Source: Gammaproteobacteria bacterium (GTDB lineage Bacteria > Pseudomonadota > Gammaproteobacteria > Steroidobacterales > Foliamicaceae). From it: 64,000 nt of DNA. The stretch is taken from positions 415,994 through 479,993 of the forward strand of contig VXSK01000002.1 of assembly GCA_009838035.1 (NCBI GenBank), written 5' to 3'. The translations under genes and the position numbers were made by a program. Below the pieces are notes generated by a model, which had not been told where the DNA came from, did no database searches, and saw nothing but the letters and a program-made list of their open reading frames with translations. Positions within the stretch are counted from its first letter, which is position 1. Each line of letters starts with the position of its first letter. Positions 54,121-63,778 of the stretch are shown here, one piece after another.

Positions 54121-55059
54121 ATGACCGCACAAGACGAATGGATCTGGCACGACGGCGAGATCAAGCCGTACATGGAGGCCCAGACTCATGTAATGACGCA
54201 CGCGCTGCACTACGGCACTTCGGTGTTCGAGGGCATTCGCTGCTACGCAAGTCACCTGGGGCCCGTAATCTTCCGGCTTCGCGCGCACACGCGACGCATG
54301 TACAACTCGGCCAAGATTTACCGGCTGAAGATTCCGTACACGCCGGAGGAAGTGAACGGCGCCTGCCACGCGGTCATCGCCCGCAACCGGCTGTTCGACG
54401 GCGCATATATCCGCCCGATCGCATTCCGCGGCGCCGGCGACCTGAGGATCCTGCCGTCGGAAAACGTACCGGTTCACGTGGCCGTTGCCGCGTGGACATG
54501 GGGATCGTACCTCGGCGGAACCGACGAGGGCGTGGACATCTGCTGCACGTCCTGGCAAAGGGTGGCGCCGAACACGGTGCCCGCACTCGCCAAGGCAGGC
54601 GGCAACTACCTGTCCAGCGTTCTGGTCACGCTCGAGGCCCAGGAGAACGGCTACGTCGAGGGGCTTGCCATGACCCACGACGGACTGGTCAGCGAAGGGG
54701 CCGGCGAAAACGTCTTCGTGGCGGTAGCGGGCAAGCTCTACACGCCGCCCTACTCCGCTTCGATTCTTCCCGGGATCACCCGCGACACGGTGATCAAGCT
54801 CGCCACGCGGCTGGGCATTCCGGTCATACAGGAGGCGCTGCCGCGCGAGGTGCTGTACATCGCCGACGAAGTCTTCCTGGCGGGCACCGCCGCGGAAATA
54901 ACGCCGGTCCGCAGCCTGGACCGGCTGACGATCGGCAACGGCAAGCCCGGCGAGCTGACCCGGGCGCTGCAGGACGCCTTTTTCGGGCTCTTCGACGGGC
55001 GCACGGAGGATCCGCGCGGCTGGCTGGAGCCGGTGGAAGGAATCGACAAGGAGGGCTGA
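54121..55059 (+). CDS. ilvE: Branched-chain-amino-acid aminotransferase
   Basis: WHDGEIKPYMEAQTHVMTHALHYGTSVFEGIRCY, AKAGGNYLSS and GITRDTVI. 312 aa, class IV aminotransferase. Confidence 0.9.
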   Translation: MTAQDEWIWHDGEIKPYMEAQTHVMTHALHYGTSVFEGIRCYASHLGPVIFRLRAHTRRMYNSAKIYRLKIPYTPEEVNGACHAVIARNRLFDGAYIRPIAFRGAGDLRILPSENVPVHVAVAAWTWGSYLGGTDEGVDICCTSWQRVAPNTVPALAKAGGNYLSSVLVTLEAQENGYVEGLAMTHDGLVSEGAGENVFVAVAGKLYTPPYSASILPGITRDTVIKLATRLGIPVIQEALPREVLYIADEVFLAGTAAEITPVRSLDRLTIGNGKPGELTRALQDAFFGLFDGRTEDPRGWLEPVEGIDKEG

Positions 55060-55065
55060 ACGCCG

Positions 55066-56472
55066 ATGCACGGACAGACCCTGCTCGCAAAGATCTGGGA
55101 CGCGCACGAAGTCGTTCCCGAAACGCCGGAAACGCCGGCGGTGCTCTACATCGACCTGCACCTGGTGCATGAGGTGACCACGCCGCAGGCCTTCGACGTG
55201 CTGCGCGCGAACGGCCTGCCGGTGCGCCGGCCGGACCGCACGCTGGCGACGATGGACCACTCGACGCCGACCGAGCCGGCTTCCACTCTGGAGGAGCTGG
55301 ACAGGGTCGCGCTGCCCGCGGCCGCGGCCCAGGTTCGAGCGATGATCGAAAACTGTGCGGAATTCGGCGTGGAGCTTCGCGGCCTGGACAGTCCGGAGCG
55401 CGGAATCGTGCATGTAGTCGGTCCGGAGCAGGGCGCCACGTGGCCGGGCCACACGGTAGTCTGCGGAGACAGCCACACCAGCACCCACGGCGCGTTCGGC
55501 GCGCTGGCCTTCGGCATCGGCACCACGGAGGTGGGCCACGTGCTGGCGACGCAGTGCCTGCTGCAGCGCCGCCCGGGAGCGCTGGCGGTCAACGTGAGCG
55601 GCCACCTGGGACCTGGCGTGACCTCGAAGGACCTGATCCTGGCGATCATCCGCAAACTGGGCGTGGGCGGCGGAACCGGTCGAGTGCTGCAATACCGCGG
55701 CGAGACCATCCGGTCGCTGACGATGGAACAGCGGATGACCATGTGCAACATGAGCATCGAGGCCGGCGCCCGCGCCGGCATGATCGCGCCCGACGACACC
55801 ACCTACGAATGGCTGCATGGCCGCCCGATGGCGCCGGCGGGCGCCGAGTGGGACGCCGCGCTCGAGCGCTGGCGCGAACTCGAGGACAGCGGCGACGCGC
55901 GGTTCGAACGGGAAGTGAGCCTGGATGCGGGGCGGCTTCGCCCGATGGTGACCTACGGCACCAATCCCGGTATGTCGGCGCAGATCGACGAACCGGTGCC
56001 CGGCAGCGGCGATCCCGCCATCGACAAGGCCCTGGCCTACATGGGCGTGGAGCCGGGCAGGCCGCTGCAGGGGCGCGAGGTAGACATCGTTTTCCTCGGC
56101 AGCTGCACCAATTCCCGGCTGAGCGACCTGCGCTCCGCCGCCGAGTTGATGCGCGGAAACCGGGTCGCGGACAAGGTTCGTATGCTGGTCGTGCCGGGCT
56201 CGCAGATCGTGAAGCGCGAGGCCGAAGCCGAGGGGCTGCATGAAATCTTCCTTTCGGCGGGCGCCGAATGGCGCGAAGCGGGCTGCTCGATGTGCATCGG
56301 CATGAACGGCGACACGGTCGGCGCCGGCAAGCTCTGCGTCAGCACCAGCAACCGCAATTTCGAGGGCCGCCAGGGACCGGGAGCGCGCACCGTCCTGGCC
56401 AGCCCGCTGACCGCCGCGGCCAGCGCGATACGGGGCCGCGTGGCGGACCCGCGCGAGCTGATGGACCGCTGA
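55066..56472 (+). CDS. leuC: 3-isopropylmalate dehydratase large subunit
   Basis: [45 protein letters not shown] and NRNFEGRQG. Confidence 0.95.
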   Translation: MHGQTLLAKIWDAHEVVPETPETPAVLYIDLHLVHEVTTPQAFDVLRANGLPVRRPDRTLATMDHSTPTEPASTLEELDRVALPAAAAQVRAMIENCAEFGVELRGLDSPERGIVHVVGPEQGATWPGHTVVCGDSHTSTHGAFGALAFGIGTTEVGHVLATQCLLQRRPGALAVNVSGHLGPGVTSKDLILAIIRKLGVGGGTGRVLQYRGETIRSLTMEQRMTMCNMSIEAGARAGMIAPDDTTYEWLHGRPMAPAGAEWDAALERWRELEDSGDARFEREVSLDAGRLRPMVTYGTNPGMSAQIDEPVPGSGDPAIDKALAYMGVEPGRPLQGREVDIVFLGSCTNSRLSDLRSAAELMRGNRVADKVRMLVVPGSQIVKREAEAEGLHEIFLSAGAEWREAGCSMCIGMNGDTVGAGKLCVSTSNRNFEGRQGPGARTVLASPLTAAASAIRGRVADPRELMDR

Positions 56473-56486
56473 AACGGGGCGCCGTC

Positions 56487-57065
56487 ATGGAGAAGATCAT
56501 CCGCATCGAATCGCGCACCATGGTGCTGGACATCGACAACGTCGATACCGACCAGATCATTCCGGCGCGCTTCCTCACCACCACCGTGCGCAAGGGCCTG
56601 GGCGACGCGGCCTTCCACGACTGGCGCTACGCCGGCGACGGCGAGCTCGACCCCGATTTCGTGCTCAACCGCCCCGAGAACCGGGACCGCACCATCCTGG
56701 TCGCGGGCGACAACTTCGGTTGCGGTTCCTCCCGCGAACACGCGCCCTGGGCCCTGCTGGAAGCCGGCCTGCGCGCCGTGATCAGCACCAGCATCGCCGA
56801 CATATTCCGCAACAACTCGCTCAAGAACGGCTTCGTCCCGGTAGTGATCGACGAGCAGCCGCACCGCTGGCTCAAGGCCAATCCGGGAGCGGAAATCGCG
56901 ATCGACCTCGAGAAGACGCAGGTCGAACTGCCCCAGGGGCCGCCCGCGCCATTCGAACTGGACCGGTTTGCGCGTTACTGCCTCATGAACGGCGTGGATC
57001 AACTCGGTTACCTGCTCCAGCAGCGCGACCGGATCAGCGCCTGGGAACAGCGCGCGGGAGGCTAG
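56487..57065 (+). CDS. leuD: 3-isopropylmalate dehydratase small subunit
   Basis: [14 protein letters not shown] and [20 protein letters not shown] 56487 is in frame with the listed ORF 56268..57065. Confidence 0.95.
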   Translation: MEKIIRIESRTMVLDIDNVDTDQIIPARFLTTTVRKGLGDAAFHDWRYAGDGELDPDFVLNRPENRDRTILVAGDNFGCGSSREHAPWALLEAGLRAVISTSIADIFRNNSLKNGFVPVVIDEQPHRWLKANPGAEIAIDLEKTQVELPQGPPAPFELDRFARYCLMNGVDQLGYLLQQRDRISAWEQRAGG

Positions 57066-57068
57066 CCA

Positions 57069-58145
57069 TTGACGTCCCTCATTGCCGTTCTGCCCGGCGA
57101 CGGAATAGGGCCGGAGGTCATGCGCGCGGGCCTGCGCGTGCTGCGGGCCGCGGCTGCCCGGCACTCGCTGGATATTGAGACGCGCGAGGCGCCGTTCGGG
57201 GGCCGCGCGCTCGCCGAACTGGGCGCCCCCTTCCCCTCCTCCACGCGCGACCTCTGCCTTGAGGCCGACGCGGTATTGCTGGGCGCGGTGGGCCTGCCGG
57301 GCCCGCCGCCGGCCGATCCGGCTTTGCGGCCGGAGCAGGGCCTGCTGAACCTGCGAGCGCTGCTCGGCGTTTACGCCAACCTTCGCCCGATCCGGCCCTT
57401 GCCGGGCGCCTCGGACGCCTCGCCGCTGCGAGCGGACAAGTTGGCGGGCGTGGACCTGATCGTCGTGCGCGAACTCACCGGCGGCGTCTATTTCGGCGAC
57501 AAGCAGGAAGGCGACGATGCCGCCAGCGACCTGTGCACGTACAGCAGCGAAGAAGTCGAACGTGTCGTGCGCTACGCGGCGGGACTCGCGCGTAGCCGCC
57601 GCGGCCGCCTGACCTCCATCGACAAAGCCAACGTCCTGGCCACCTCGCGCCTTTGGCGGACGGTGACCGCGCGCGTCGTCGCCGAAGAGTTCCCGGAAAT
57701 CGAGCTGGATCACCTCCTGGTGGACGCCGCAGCGATGCGTCTGCTCACCCACGCCGCGCAGTTCGATGTCCTCGTGACCGAAAACATGTTCGGCGACATC
57801 CTCACCGACGAGGCATCGGTGCTGACCGGTTCGCTGGGAATGGCGCCCTCGGCCTCCGTTGGAGAGGGCCGGCGCGCACTCTACGAACCCATACACGGAA
57901 CCGCGCCGGACATCGAGGGCCGCAACCTGGCGAACCCCTGCGGCATGATCCTGTCGGTCGCGATGATGCTGGAATTGAGCCTGAACAGCCCCGAAGCCGC
58001 CCGCGAGGTCGAAGCGGCAGTCGCAGCCGCCGTTGCCGGCGGCATCCGCACGGCCGACATCGCGGGGAGCGCGTCGCCCGCAACGACCGAGCAGTTGACC
58101 GAGGCCGTCCTCGCCCGCCTCGCCACCGACCGCGAGGAACTGTAA
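57069..58145 (+). CDS. leuB: 3-isopropylmalate dehydrogenase
   Basis: IAVLPGDGIGPEV, VRELTGGVYFG, NMFGDILTDEASVLTGSLGM and EPIHGTAPDI. Apparent TTG start. Confidence 0.95.
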   Translation: MTSLIAVLPGDGIGPEVMRAGLRVLRAAAARHSLDIETREAPFGGRALAELGAPFPSSTRDLCLEADAVLLGAVGLPGPPPADPALRPEQGLLNLRALLGVYANLRPIRPLPGASDASPLRADKLAGVDLIVVRELTGGVYFGDKQEGDDAASDLCTYSSEEVERVVRYAAGLARSRRGRLTSIDKANVLATSRLWRTVTARVVAEEFPEIELDHLLVDAAAMRLLTHAAQFDVLVTENMFGDILTDEASVLTGSLGMAPSASVGEGRRALYEPIHGTAPDIEGRNLANPCGMILSVAMMLELSLNSPEAAREVEAAVAAAVAGGIRTADIAGSASPATTEQLTEAVLARLATDREEL

Positions 58146-59050
58146 TGACATCGAAATGGAAGCGCAGCGAACGCGTACAGATCGCAGTACAGAAGTCCGG
58201 CCGTCTCACCGACCACTCGCTGGCTCTCCTCAAGCGCTGCGGCCTGCGCCTCACGCAGGGCGCCGACGAACTGCTGGCCGTGGCCGAAAACATGCCCGTT
58301 GACGTGCTGCTGGTGCGCGACGACGAAATCCCGGGCCTGGTGCGCGAAGGCGCCTGCGACCTGGGCATCGTCGGCCTGAACGTTGCCGAGGAGCAGCGCC
58401 TGGGACTCGAGACCGGCCAGCCCGCCCCCGGCAGCATCCGAAACCTGGCATTCGGCGATTGCCGCCTGGCAATGGCCTACCCCAGGGACGGCGAAGCGCG
58501 CAAGGTCGCCGACCTCGAGGGACTTCGCATAGCGACCAGCTATCCGCGACTGACCGGACGGTTTCTGACCGAATCGGGCGTGAACGCCGAGGTCGTTCCG
58601 TTCTCGGGCGCGGTGGAGCTTGCGCCGCGGCTGGGCCGCGCCGAGGCCATCTGCGACCTGGTCTCCAGCGGCAAGACCCTGGCGGCCAACCAGCTCAGGG
58701 AAGGCGAAACGGTGCTGGAAAGCCGGGCCACGCTGCTCCTGAGTCCGGCCGAATTGCCGGCCGCGAGAAAAGACTGGGTTGACCTGCTCAGGCGCCGCAT
58801 GGACGGCGTGATGCAGGCCCGCGAAACCAAGTACATCATGCTGCACGCCCCGCGCGCCGCCCTGCCCGTCATTGCGGAACTGCTGCCCGGCTCCGAGGCC
58901 CCCACCATCATGCCGCTGGAGGGACGCGAGGATCGCGTGGCCGTGCACGCGGTGTGCCGGGAGAGCGTTTTCTGGGAGACGCTGGAGGCCCTCAAGGATG
59001 CGGGCGCCAGTTCGGTGCTGGTGCTGCCGGTGGAGAAGATGCTGGAATGA
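58145..59050 (+). CDS. hisG: ATP phosphoribosyltransferase, long form
   Basis: VQIAVQKSGRLTDHSLALLKRCGL and DLVSSGKTLAANQL, with a C-terminal regulatory domain. The ATG overlaps the leuB stop (TAATG). Confidence 0.9.
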   Translation: MTSKWKRSERVQIAVQKSGRLTDHSLALLKRCGLRLTQGADELLAVAENMPVDVLLVRDDEIPGLVREGACDLGIVGLNVAEEQRLGLETGQPAPGSIRNLAFGDCRLAMAYPRDGEARKVADLEGLRIATSYPRLTGRFLTESGVNAEVVPFSGAVELAPRLGRAEAICDLVSSGKTLAANQLREGETVLESRATLLLSPAELPAARKDWVDLLRRRMDGVMQARETKYIMLHAPRAALPVIAELLPGSEAPTIMPLEGREDRVAVHAVCRESVFWETLEALKDAGASSVLVLPVEKMLE

Positions 59051-60357
59051 CTGCCATCCCGCCTCTCTACAGCTGGAACGCGCTGGACGACAGGCAGCGC
59101 GCGTCGGTCCTCGAACGGCTTGCCGCTCCGGCCGACCCTGCGCTGGAGGCGCGCGTGAAGGACATCATGGAACGGGTGCGCAACGGCGGGGACAGGGCGC
59201 TCAGAGAGCTGGAAGCCGAGCTGGACGGCGTGGAACTCGACGAAATCGAAGCCGGCGAGAGCGAGATCGCGGCGGCCGGCGATCGGCTGAGCGCGCAACA
59301 GCGCGAGGCGATTGGCGCGGCGCTGGACAACATACGCACCTGCCACGCGGCGCAGAGGCCCGCGGACTCCCGCACCGAGCCGGTCCCCGGCGTGGTTTGC
59401 GAGCAGCGATTCCGTCCGTTGCAGGCGGTCGGGCTGTACGTGCCGGCCGGCGCTGCCCCCCTGCCCTCCACGGCGATGATGCTGGCGGCTCCGGCGCAAC
59501 TGGCCGGCTGCCCGCAGCGCATCCTCTGCGCACCGCCGGCGAGCGACGGCAGCATCAATCCGGCGATTCTCTACGTGGCGGGCCTGTGCGAGGTGCACCG
59601 CGTGTTCAAGCTGGGCGGGGCCCAGGCGATCGCCGCGATGGCCTACGGCACCGAAAGCGTGCCGCGTGTCGACAAGATTTTCGGACCCGGCAGCCGCTGG
59701 GTCGCCGCCGCCAAGCAGCGGGCGGCGATGGAGCCGGGCGGACCGGCGCAGGACCTCCCCGCGGGGCCGACCGAGGCCATGGTGATCGCCGACGACACGG
59801 CAAACGCGGAATTCGTCGCCCTGGACCTGCTCAGCCAGGCCGAACACGGCGAGGACGCGCATGTGCTGCTGCTTTGCCTGGACGAACGGCTGGCGACGGC
59901 CGTCCAGGAAGCGATCGCGAACCAGTTGCGAACGCTGCCCCGCACGGACGTGCTGGAGAAATCGCTGTCGGCCGGCGCCTTGCTGGTCGTGGACTCGCTG
60001 GAGAACGCCGTCGAGGTGGCCAATCGCTACGCTCCAGAACACCTGCTGCTGCAGGTCGCGGACCCCCGATCGCTGGCGGCGCAAATCCGCAACGCGGGCG
60101 CCGTGTTCCTCGGGCCGTGGGCGCCGGAATCCAGCGGCGATTACTGCAACGGCGCCAATCACGTGTTGCCCACCTACGGCAGCGCGCGCTGGGCCAGCGG
60201 ACTTGGGCTGGTCGATTTCTACAAGCGGATCAGCGTGCAGGAACTTACGCGGGAAGGCCTGGAAAGTATTGCGAGCTCTATTGCCACGCTGGCCCGCACC
60301 GAGGGGCTGGAAGCCCACGCGCGCGCCGCCGAAGTGCGCCGGAGGCCCGATCGATGA
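59047..60357 (+). CDS. hisD: Histidinol dehydrogenase
   Basis: GLYVPAGAAPLPSTAMMLAAPAQLAGC, DLLSQAEHGEDA and APEHLLLQV. The ATG overlaps the hisG stop (ATGA). Confidence 0.95.
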   Translation: MTAIPPLYSWNALDDRQRASVLERLAAPADPALEARVKDIMERVRNGGDRALRELEAELDGVELDEIEAGESEIAAAGDRLSAQQREAIGAALDNIRTCHAAQRPADSRTEPVPGVVCEQRFRPLQAVGLYVPAGAAPLPSTAMMLAAPAQLAGCPQRILCAPPASDGSINPAILYVAGLCEVHRVFKLGGAQAIAAMAYGTESVPRVDKIFGPGSRWVAAAKQRAAMEPGGPAQDLPAGPTEAMVIADDTANAEFVALDLLSQAEHGEDAHVLLLCLDERLATAVQEAIANQLRTLPRTDVLEKSLSAGALLVVDSLENAVEVANRYAPEHLLLQVADPRSLAAQIRNAGAVFLGPWAPESSGDYCNGANHVLPTYGSARWASGLGLVDFYKRISVQELTREGLESIASSIATLARTEGLEAHARAAEVRRRPDR

Positions 60358-61649
60358 AAACCAAAGACTTCCCTGGCGGCGACGACAGCCTGATGCGCCG
60401 ATTGCCGATTGCCTTGCTGCTTGGTTTGCTCGCCGTCAATGCGACGGCCGACTCCACGGTGCTGCGCTGCGGGGCGGTGGTGGATGTCGAGCGCGAACAA
60501 CTCGTGCAGAGACAGGACATCCTCGTCTCCGACGGCGTCATAGCAGCCGTCGGGTCCGAGATTGCCGCGCCGGACGGCGCCTCCATCATCGACCTGAGCG
60601 GGCATTACTGCCTGCCCGGCCTGATCGACGCGCACACCCACCTGATGGTCGGCGGGCCGGGCCTGAACTCCTCCAGCGCGGAGAAGACGCTGGTCGCCCT
60701 CCGGAACGCGCAGACGATGCTGCAGCACGGTTATACGACCCTGCGAATACCGGGCGACGGCGACGTCGGTTTCGGGTCCATCGCGTTGCGCGACGCGATC
60801 GCCAATGGTTTGTTCACCGGCCCTCGAATGCAGGTGGCGCCGCACTATCTTTGCCCGCTCGGGGGGCATTGCGACAGAAACGCCCTGGCTCCCGACAGCG
60901 GCGTGCCGACGGCGCCGCATGTCATCGCAGCGGGCGAGGATGCGGCCCGCGAGGCGGTACGCCGCGAACTCAAGTACGGAGCGGACTGGATCAAGGTACA
61001 TGCCACAGGCGGCATCATGTCCGTGGGCGACGACCCTTGGGTACAGTCGTTTACCGACGCGGAGCTCGCCGCCTTCTCCGACGAAACCCATCGTCACGGC
61101 AAGAGGATCACCGCGCACATACATGGCGCGAGCGCCGTCAAGTCCGCGGTTCGGGCCGGCTTCGACAGCATCGAGCACGGCACGCTGATGGATGACGAGG
61201 CCATCGATATGATGGTGGAGTCGGAAACCTGGCTGGTGCCGACCGTATACGTCCTCGATTACATCGTGGGGAGCACGCAATCCCGCCGGATGACGCCGGA
61301 AATCATGGCCAAGGCCCGCGAAGTCGCGAAGATCAGGGACGGCAGTTTCAGAAAAGCCTACAAGGCGGGGGTGAGAATGGCGGTGGGCTCCGACCAGATT
61401 TTCCCTCACCGCCACTCCGCCAGGGAGTTCGCCGCGCTGGTCAGACTGGGCGTAACGCCGATGGACGCCATCGTCATGGGAACGCTCAACGGCGCCACGC
61501 TAATGGGCCTCGAGGACGAAATCGGCAGCGTGGAGGCCGGCAAGCAGGCCGACGTCATCGCCGTGCCCGGCAACCCCCTGGATGACATTTCAATACTGGA
61601 GTCCGTCGAGTTCGTGATGCTCGGCGGCAAGATCATCCGCAACGACTGA
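60354..61649 (+). CDS. Secreted metal-dependent amidohydrolase (imidazolonepropionase/Xaa-Pro dipeptidase-like superfamily)
   Basis: Signal-like MRRLPIALLLGLLAVNATA, metal motif PGLIDAHTHL, then KVHATGG, AHIHGA and a C-terminal GSVEAGKQADVIAV. ATG 60354 overlaps the hisD stop; an alternative start is Met14 (60393). Confidence 0.8.
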   Translation: MKTKDFPGGDDSLMRRLPIALLLGLLAVNATADSTVLRCGAVVDVEREQLVQRQDILVSDGVIAAVGSEIAAPDGASIIDLSGHYCLPGLIDAHTHLMVGGPGLNSSSAEKTLVALRNAQTMLQHGYTTLRIPGDGDVGFGSIALRDAIANGLFTGPRMQVAPHYLCPLGGHCDRNALAPDSGVPTAPHVIAAGEDAAREAVRRELKYGADWIKVHATGGIMSVGDDPWVQSFTDAELAAFSDETHRHGKRITAHIHGASAVKSAVRAGFDSIEHGTLMDDEAIDMMVESETWLVPTVYVLDYIVGSTQSRRMTPEIMAKAREVAKIRDGSFRKAYKAGVRMAVGSDQIFPHRHSAREFAALVRLGVTPMDAIVMGTLNGATLMGLEDEIGSVEAGKQADVIAVPGNPLDDISILESVEFVMLGGKIIRND

Positions 61650-61652
61650 ACC

Positions 61653-62714
61653 ATGAGCTGGATTACATCATTGGCGAGAGAAGCCGTGCAGAAAGGCCGG
61701 GCCTACAAGGCGCCCACAACGACGAACCTGGCCCGGCTGCACGCCAATGAGCTTCCCTGGCCGCCCGACTACGACCCTGCCCCGGGCAGCCTCAACTGGT
61801 ACCCGCTGCTGTATCCGGCCGCGCTTACCGAACGCATGGCCGAGCACTACGGGGTACGGCCGGAGGAAGTTTCCGTAACGCGCGGCAGCAGCGAGGGCAT
61901 CGACTGCCTGTACCGGGCTTTCTGCGAATCGAAGCGGGACAGCGCAATCTTCTGTCCCCCGTCGTTCGAGATGTTTCGCTGGTACGGCCGTTTGCAGGGC
62001 GCGCGGGTCGTCGAAGTTCCGTTGCGGGCCAAAGACGGCTTCTCGCTCGACGTGGCGGCGATCAAGGCTGCCTGGTCCGATGACGTCAAGCTCCTGATCC
62101 TGTGTTCCCCGAACAATCCCACGGGCAACCTGATGGACCCGGACGATGTCCTGGAACTGGTGGAATACGCGCGCGAAAGAGCCATTGTGGTGCTGGATGC
62201 CGCGTACGCCGAGTTCGCGGACCAGAATCCGGGCGCCGACTGGATTACCGCGCACCCGCATGTCGTGGTCCTGCGCACGGTATCGAAGGCCCTGGGGCTG
62301 GCGGGCGTGCGCTGCGGCGCCCTGCTTGCCTGCGAGGAAATCGTCGGACTGATGCGCCGCGTACAATCGCCGTACAGCTTTTCCGCACTGTGCGAACACA
62401 CCGTGCTCAAGGCCATGAAACCGGAAAACCTGGCCAGGATGCAGGGCCGCATAGCACTGGTCATCGAGGAGCGCGAGCGCGTCAGCGCGCTTCTGGCGGA
62501 ACTCCCGCAGGTGACGACCGTGTATCCCAGCCGCACCAACTTCGTGTTGCTGCAAGTCGCCGACGCCGACGGCTTCAATGCCACGGCCCGGGACGGCGGC
62601 TACCTGCTGCGCAGAATCCCCGACGAACCGGGGCTTGAGTCCTGCGTGCGCATAACGCTGGGCACGCCGGAGCAGAACGACGGCCTGCTGGCGACGCTGA
62701 GGGCGGCGGCATGA
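61653..62714 (+). CDS. hisC: Histidinol-phosphate aminotransferase
   Basis: 353 aa class II aminotransferase (LHANELPW, CSPNNPTG, TVSKALGLAGVRCG with the PLP Lys). Positioned within the his cluster. Confidence 0.9.
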   Translation: MSWITSLAREAVQKGRAYKAPTTTNLARLHANELPWPPDYDPAPGSLNWYPLLYPAALTERMAEHYGVRPEEVSVTRGSSEGIDCLYRAFCESKRDSAIFCPPSFEMFRWYGRLQGARVVEVPLRAKDGFSLDVAAIKAAWSDDVKLLILCSPNNPTGNLMDPDDVLELVEYARERAIVVLDAAYAEFADQNPGADWITAHPHVVVLRTVSKALGLAGVRCGALLACEEIVGLMRRVQSPYSFSALCEHTVLKAMKPENLARMQGRIALVIEERERVSALLAELPQVTTVYPSRTNFVLLQVADADGFNATARDGGYLLRRIPDEPGLESCVRITLGTPEQNDGLLATLRAAA

Positions 62715-63778
62715 GCGCGCGGGTGGCATTCGTTGATCGTGACGGCACCCTGATCGAGGAGCCGTCGGACTTCCAGGTTGACAGCCTTGCAAAGCTCAAG
62801 CTGGCGCAGGGCGTGGTGCCGGCGCTGCGTCGATTGCAGGACGCAGGCTTCGACCTGGTGATGGTCAGCAACCAGGATGGGCTTGGCACCGACAGCTTCC
62901 CGCAGAAGGACTTCGATGAACCGCACGAATTCCTGATGTCGCTGCTGGCGTCGCAGGGTATCGGGTTCGCCGAGGTGTTCGTGTGTCCGCACCGGTCCGG
63001 GGACGGCTGCGATTGCCGCAAGCCCCTCACGGGCCTGGTGAACGCATTCATGCGCGAGCGGCCAGTGGACCGAGCCGCCAGCGTCATGATCGGCGACCGC
63101 GAGACCGACCTCAAGTTCGCCGAGAACCTGGGCGTGCGCGGTTTCCGTGTCGATGCCGGACAGCCGGGAAGCTGGGAACAGCTCGTTCGCGAGATCGTCG
63201 ATGCGCCGCGGATCGGCCGCGTGCGCCGCAAGACCCGCGAGACCGACCTGAGCGTGGAAGTCGATCTCGACGCGCCGCCCGGCGCCGAAGTGGCCACCGG
63301 AATCGGCTTTTTCGACCACATGCTGGAGCAGCTCGCCAAGCACGGCGGGTTCGGGCTCAAGCTCAGTTGCGAAGGCGACCTGGAGGTGGATGAGCATCAC
63401 ACCGTTGAGGACAGCGCGCTGGCGCTGGGCGCGGCGCTGAAGGAGGCGCTCGGCGACCGCCGCGGGATCGGCCGCTTCGCCTTCGAGCTGCCCATGGACG
63501 AGGCCGACGTCAAGGTGCTGCTGGACCTGTCCGGACGCCCGTGGCTCAAGTTCAAGGGCAAATTCGAGCGCGAACGGGTCGGCGGACTGCCTACGGAGCT
63601 GGTCGAGCATTTTTTCCGTTCGCTGGCGGAAGCCAGCGGCGCCACGCTGCATATCCGGGTACGCGGCGAGAACACCCACCACATGATCGAGTCGTGCTTC
63701 AAGGGCGTCGGCAGGGCACTGCGCCAGGCCATCGCGCGCGAGGGAGGCGACATTCCCAGCACCAAGGGCGTCCTGTGA
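62711..63778 (+). CDS. hisB: Bifunctional histidinol-phosphatase / imidazoleglycerol-phosphate dehydratase
   Basis: The N-terminal HAD domain starts FVDRDGTLIEEP with a CxHxxxxxCxC-like Zn site (VCPHRSGDGCDCRKP). The C-terminal IGPD domain carries GIGFFDHMLEQLAKHG and HHTVEDSALALG. Confidence 0.95.
   Translation: MSARVAFVDRDGTLIEEPSDFQVDSLAKLKLAQGVVPALRRLQDAGFDLVMVSNQDGLGTDSFPQKDFDEPHEFLMSLLASQGIGFAEVFVCPHRSGDGCDCRKPLTGLVNAFMRERPVDRAASVMIGDRETDLKFAENLGVRGFRVDAGQPGSWEQLVREIVDAPRIGRVRRKTRETDLSVEVDLDAPPGAEVATGIGFFDHMLEQLAKHGGFGLKLSCEGDLEVDEHHTVEDSALALGAALKEALGDRRGIGRFAFELPMDEADVKVLLDLSGRPWLKFKGKFERERVGGLPTELVEHFFRSLAEASGATLHIRVRGENTHHMIESCFKGVGRALRQAIAREGGDIPSTKGVL

Noticed and set aside
53290-56241. 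983-aa ORF on the minus strand, antisense to leuA-ilvE-leuC. Similar very long antisense or alternative-frame ORFs occur at 56037-58151 (-), 58540-60318 (-), 50479-52062 (+), 20983-22839 (+), 18829-20430 (+), 15636-17054 (-), 11585-13048 (-), 23694-25256 (-), 27276-28844 (+), 28857-30632 (+), 43813-45081 (-) and 3139-4545 (-).
   Set aside because: Each lies opposite or out of frame to a gene with unmistakable family motifs. The translations are Arg/Gly/Ala/Pro/His-rich with no recognisable domains. Long stop-free antisense frames are expected in GC-rich DNA.
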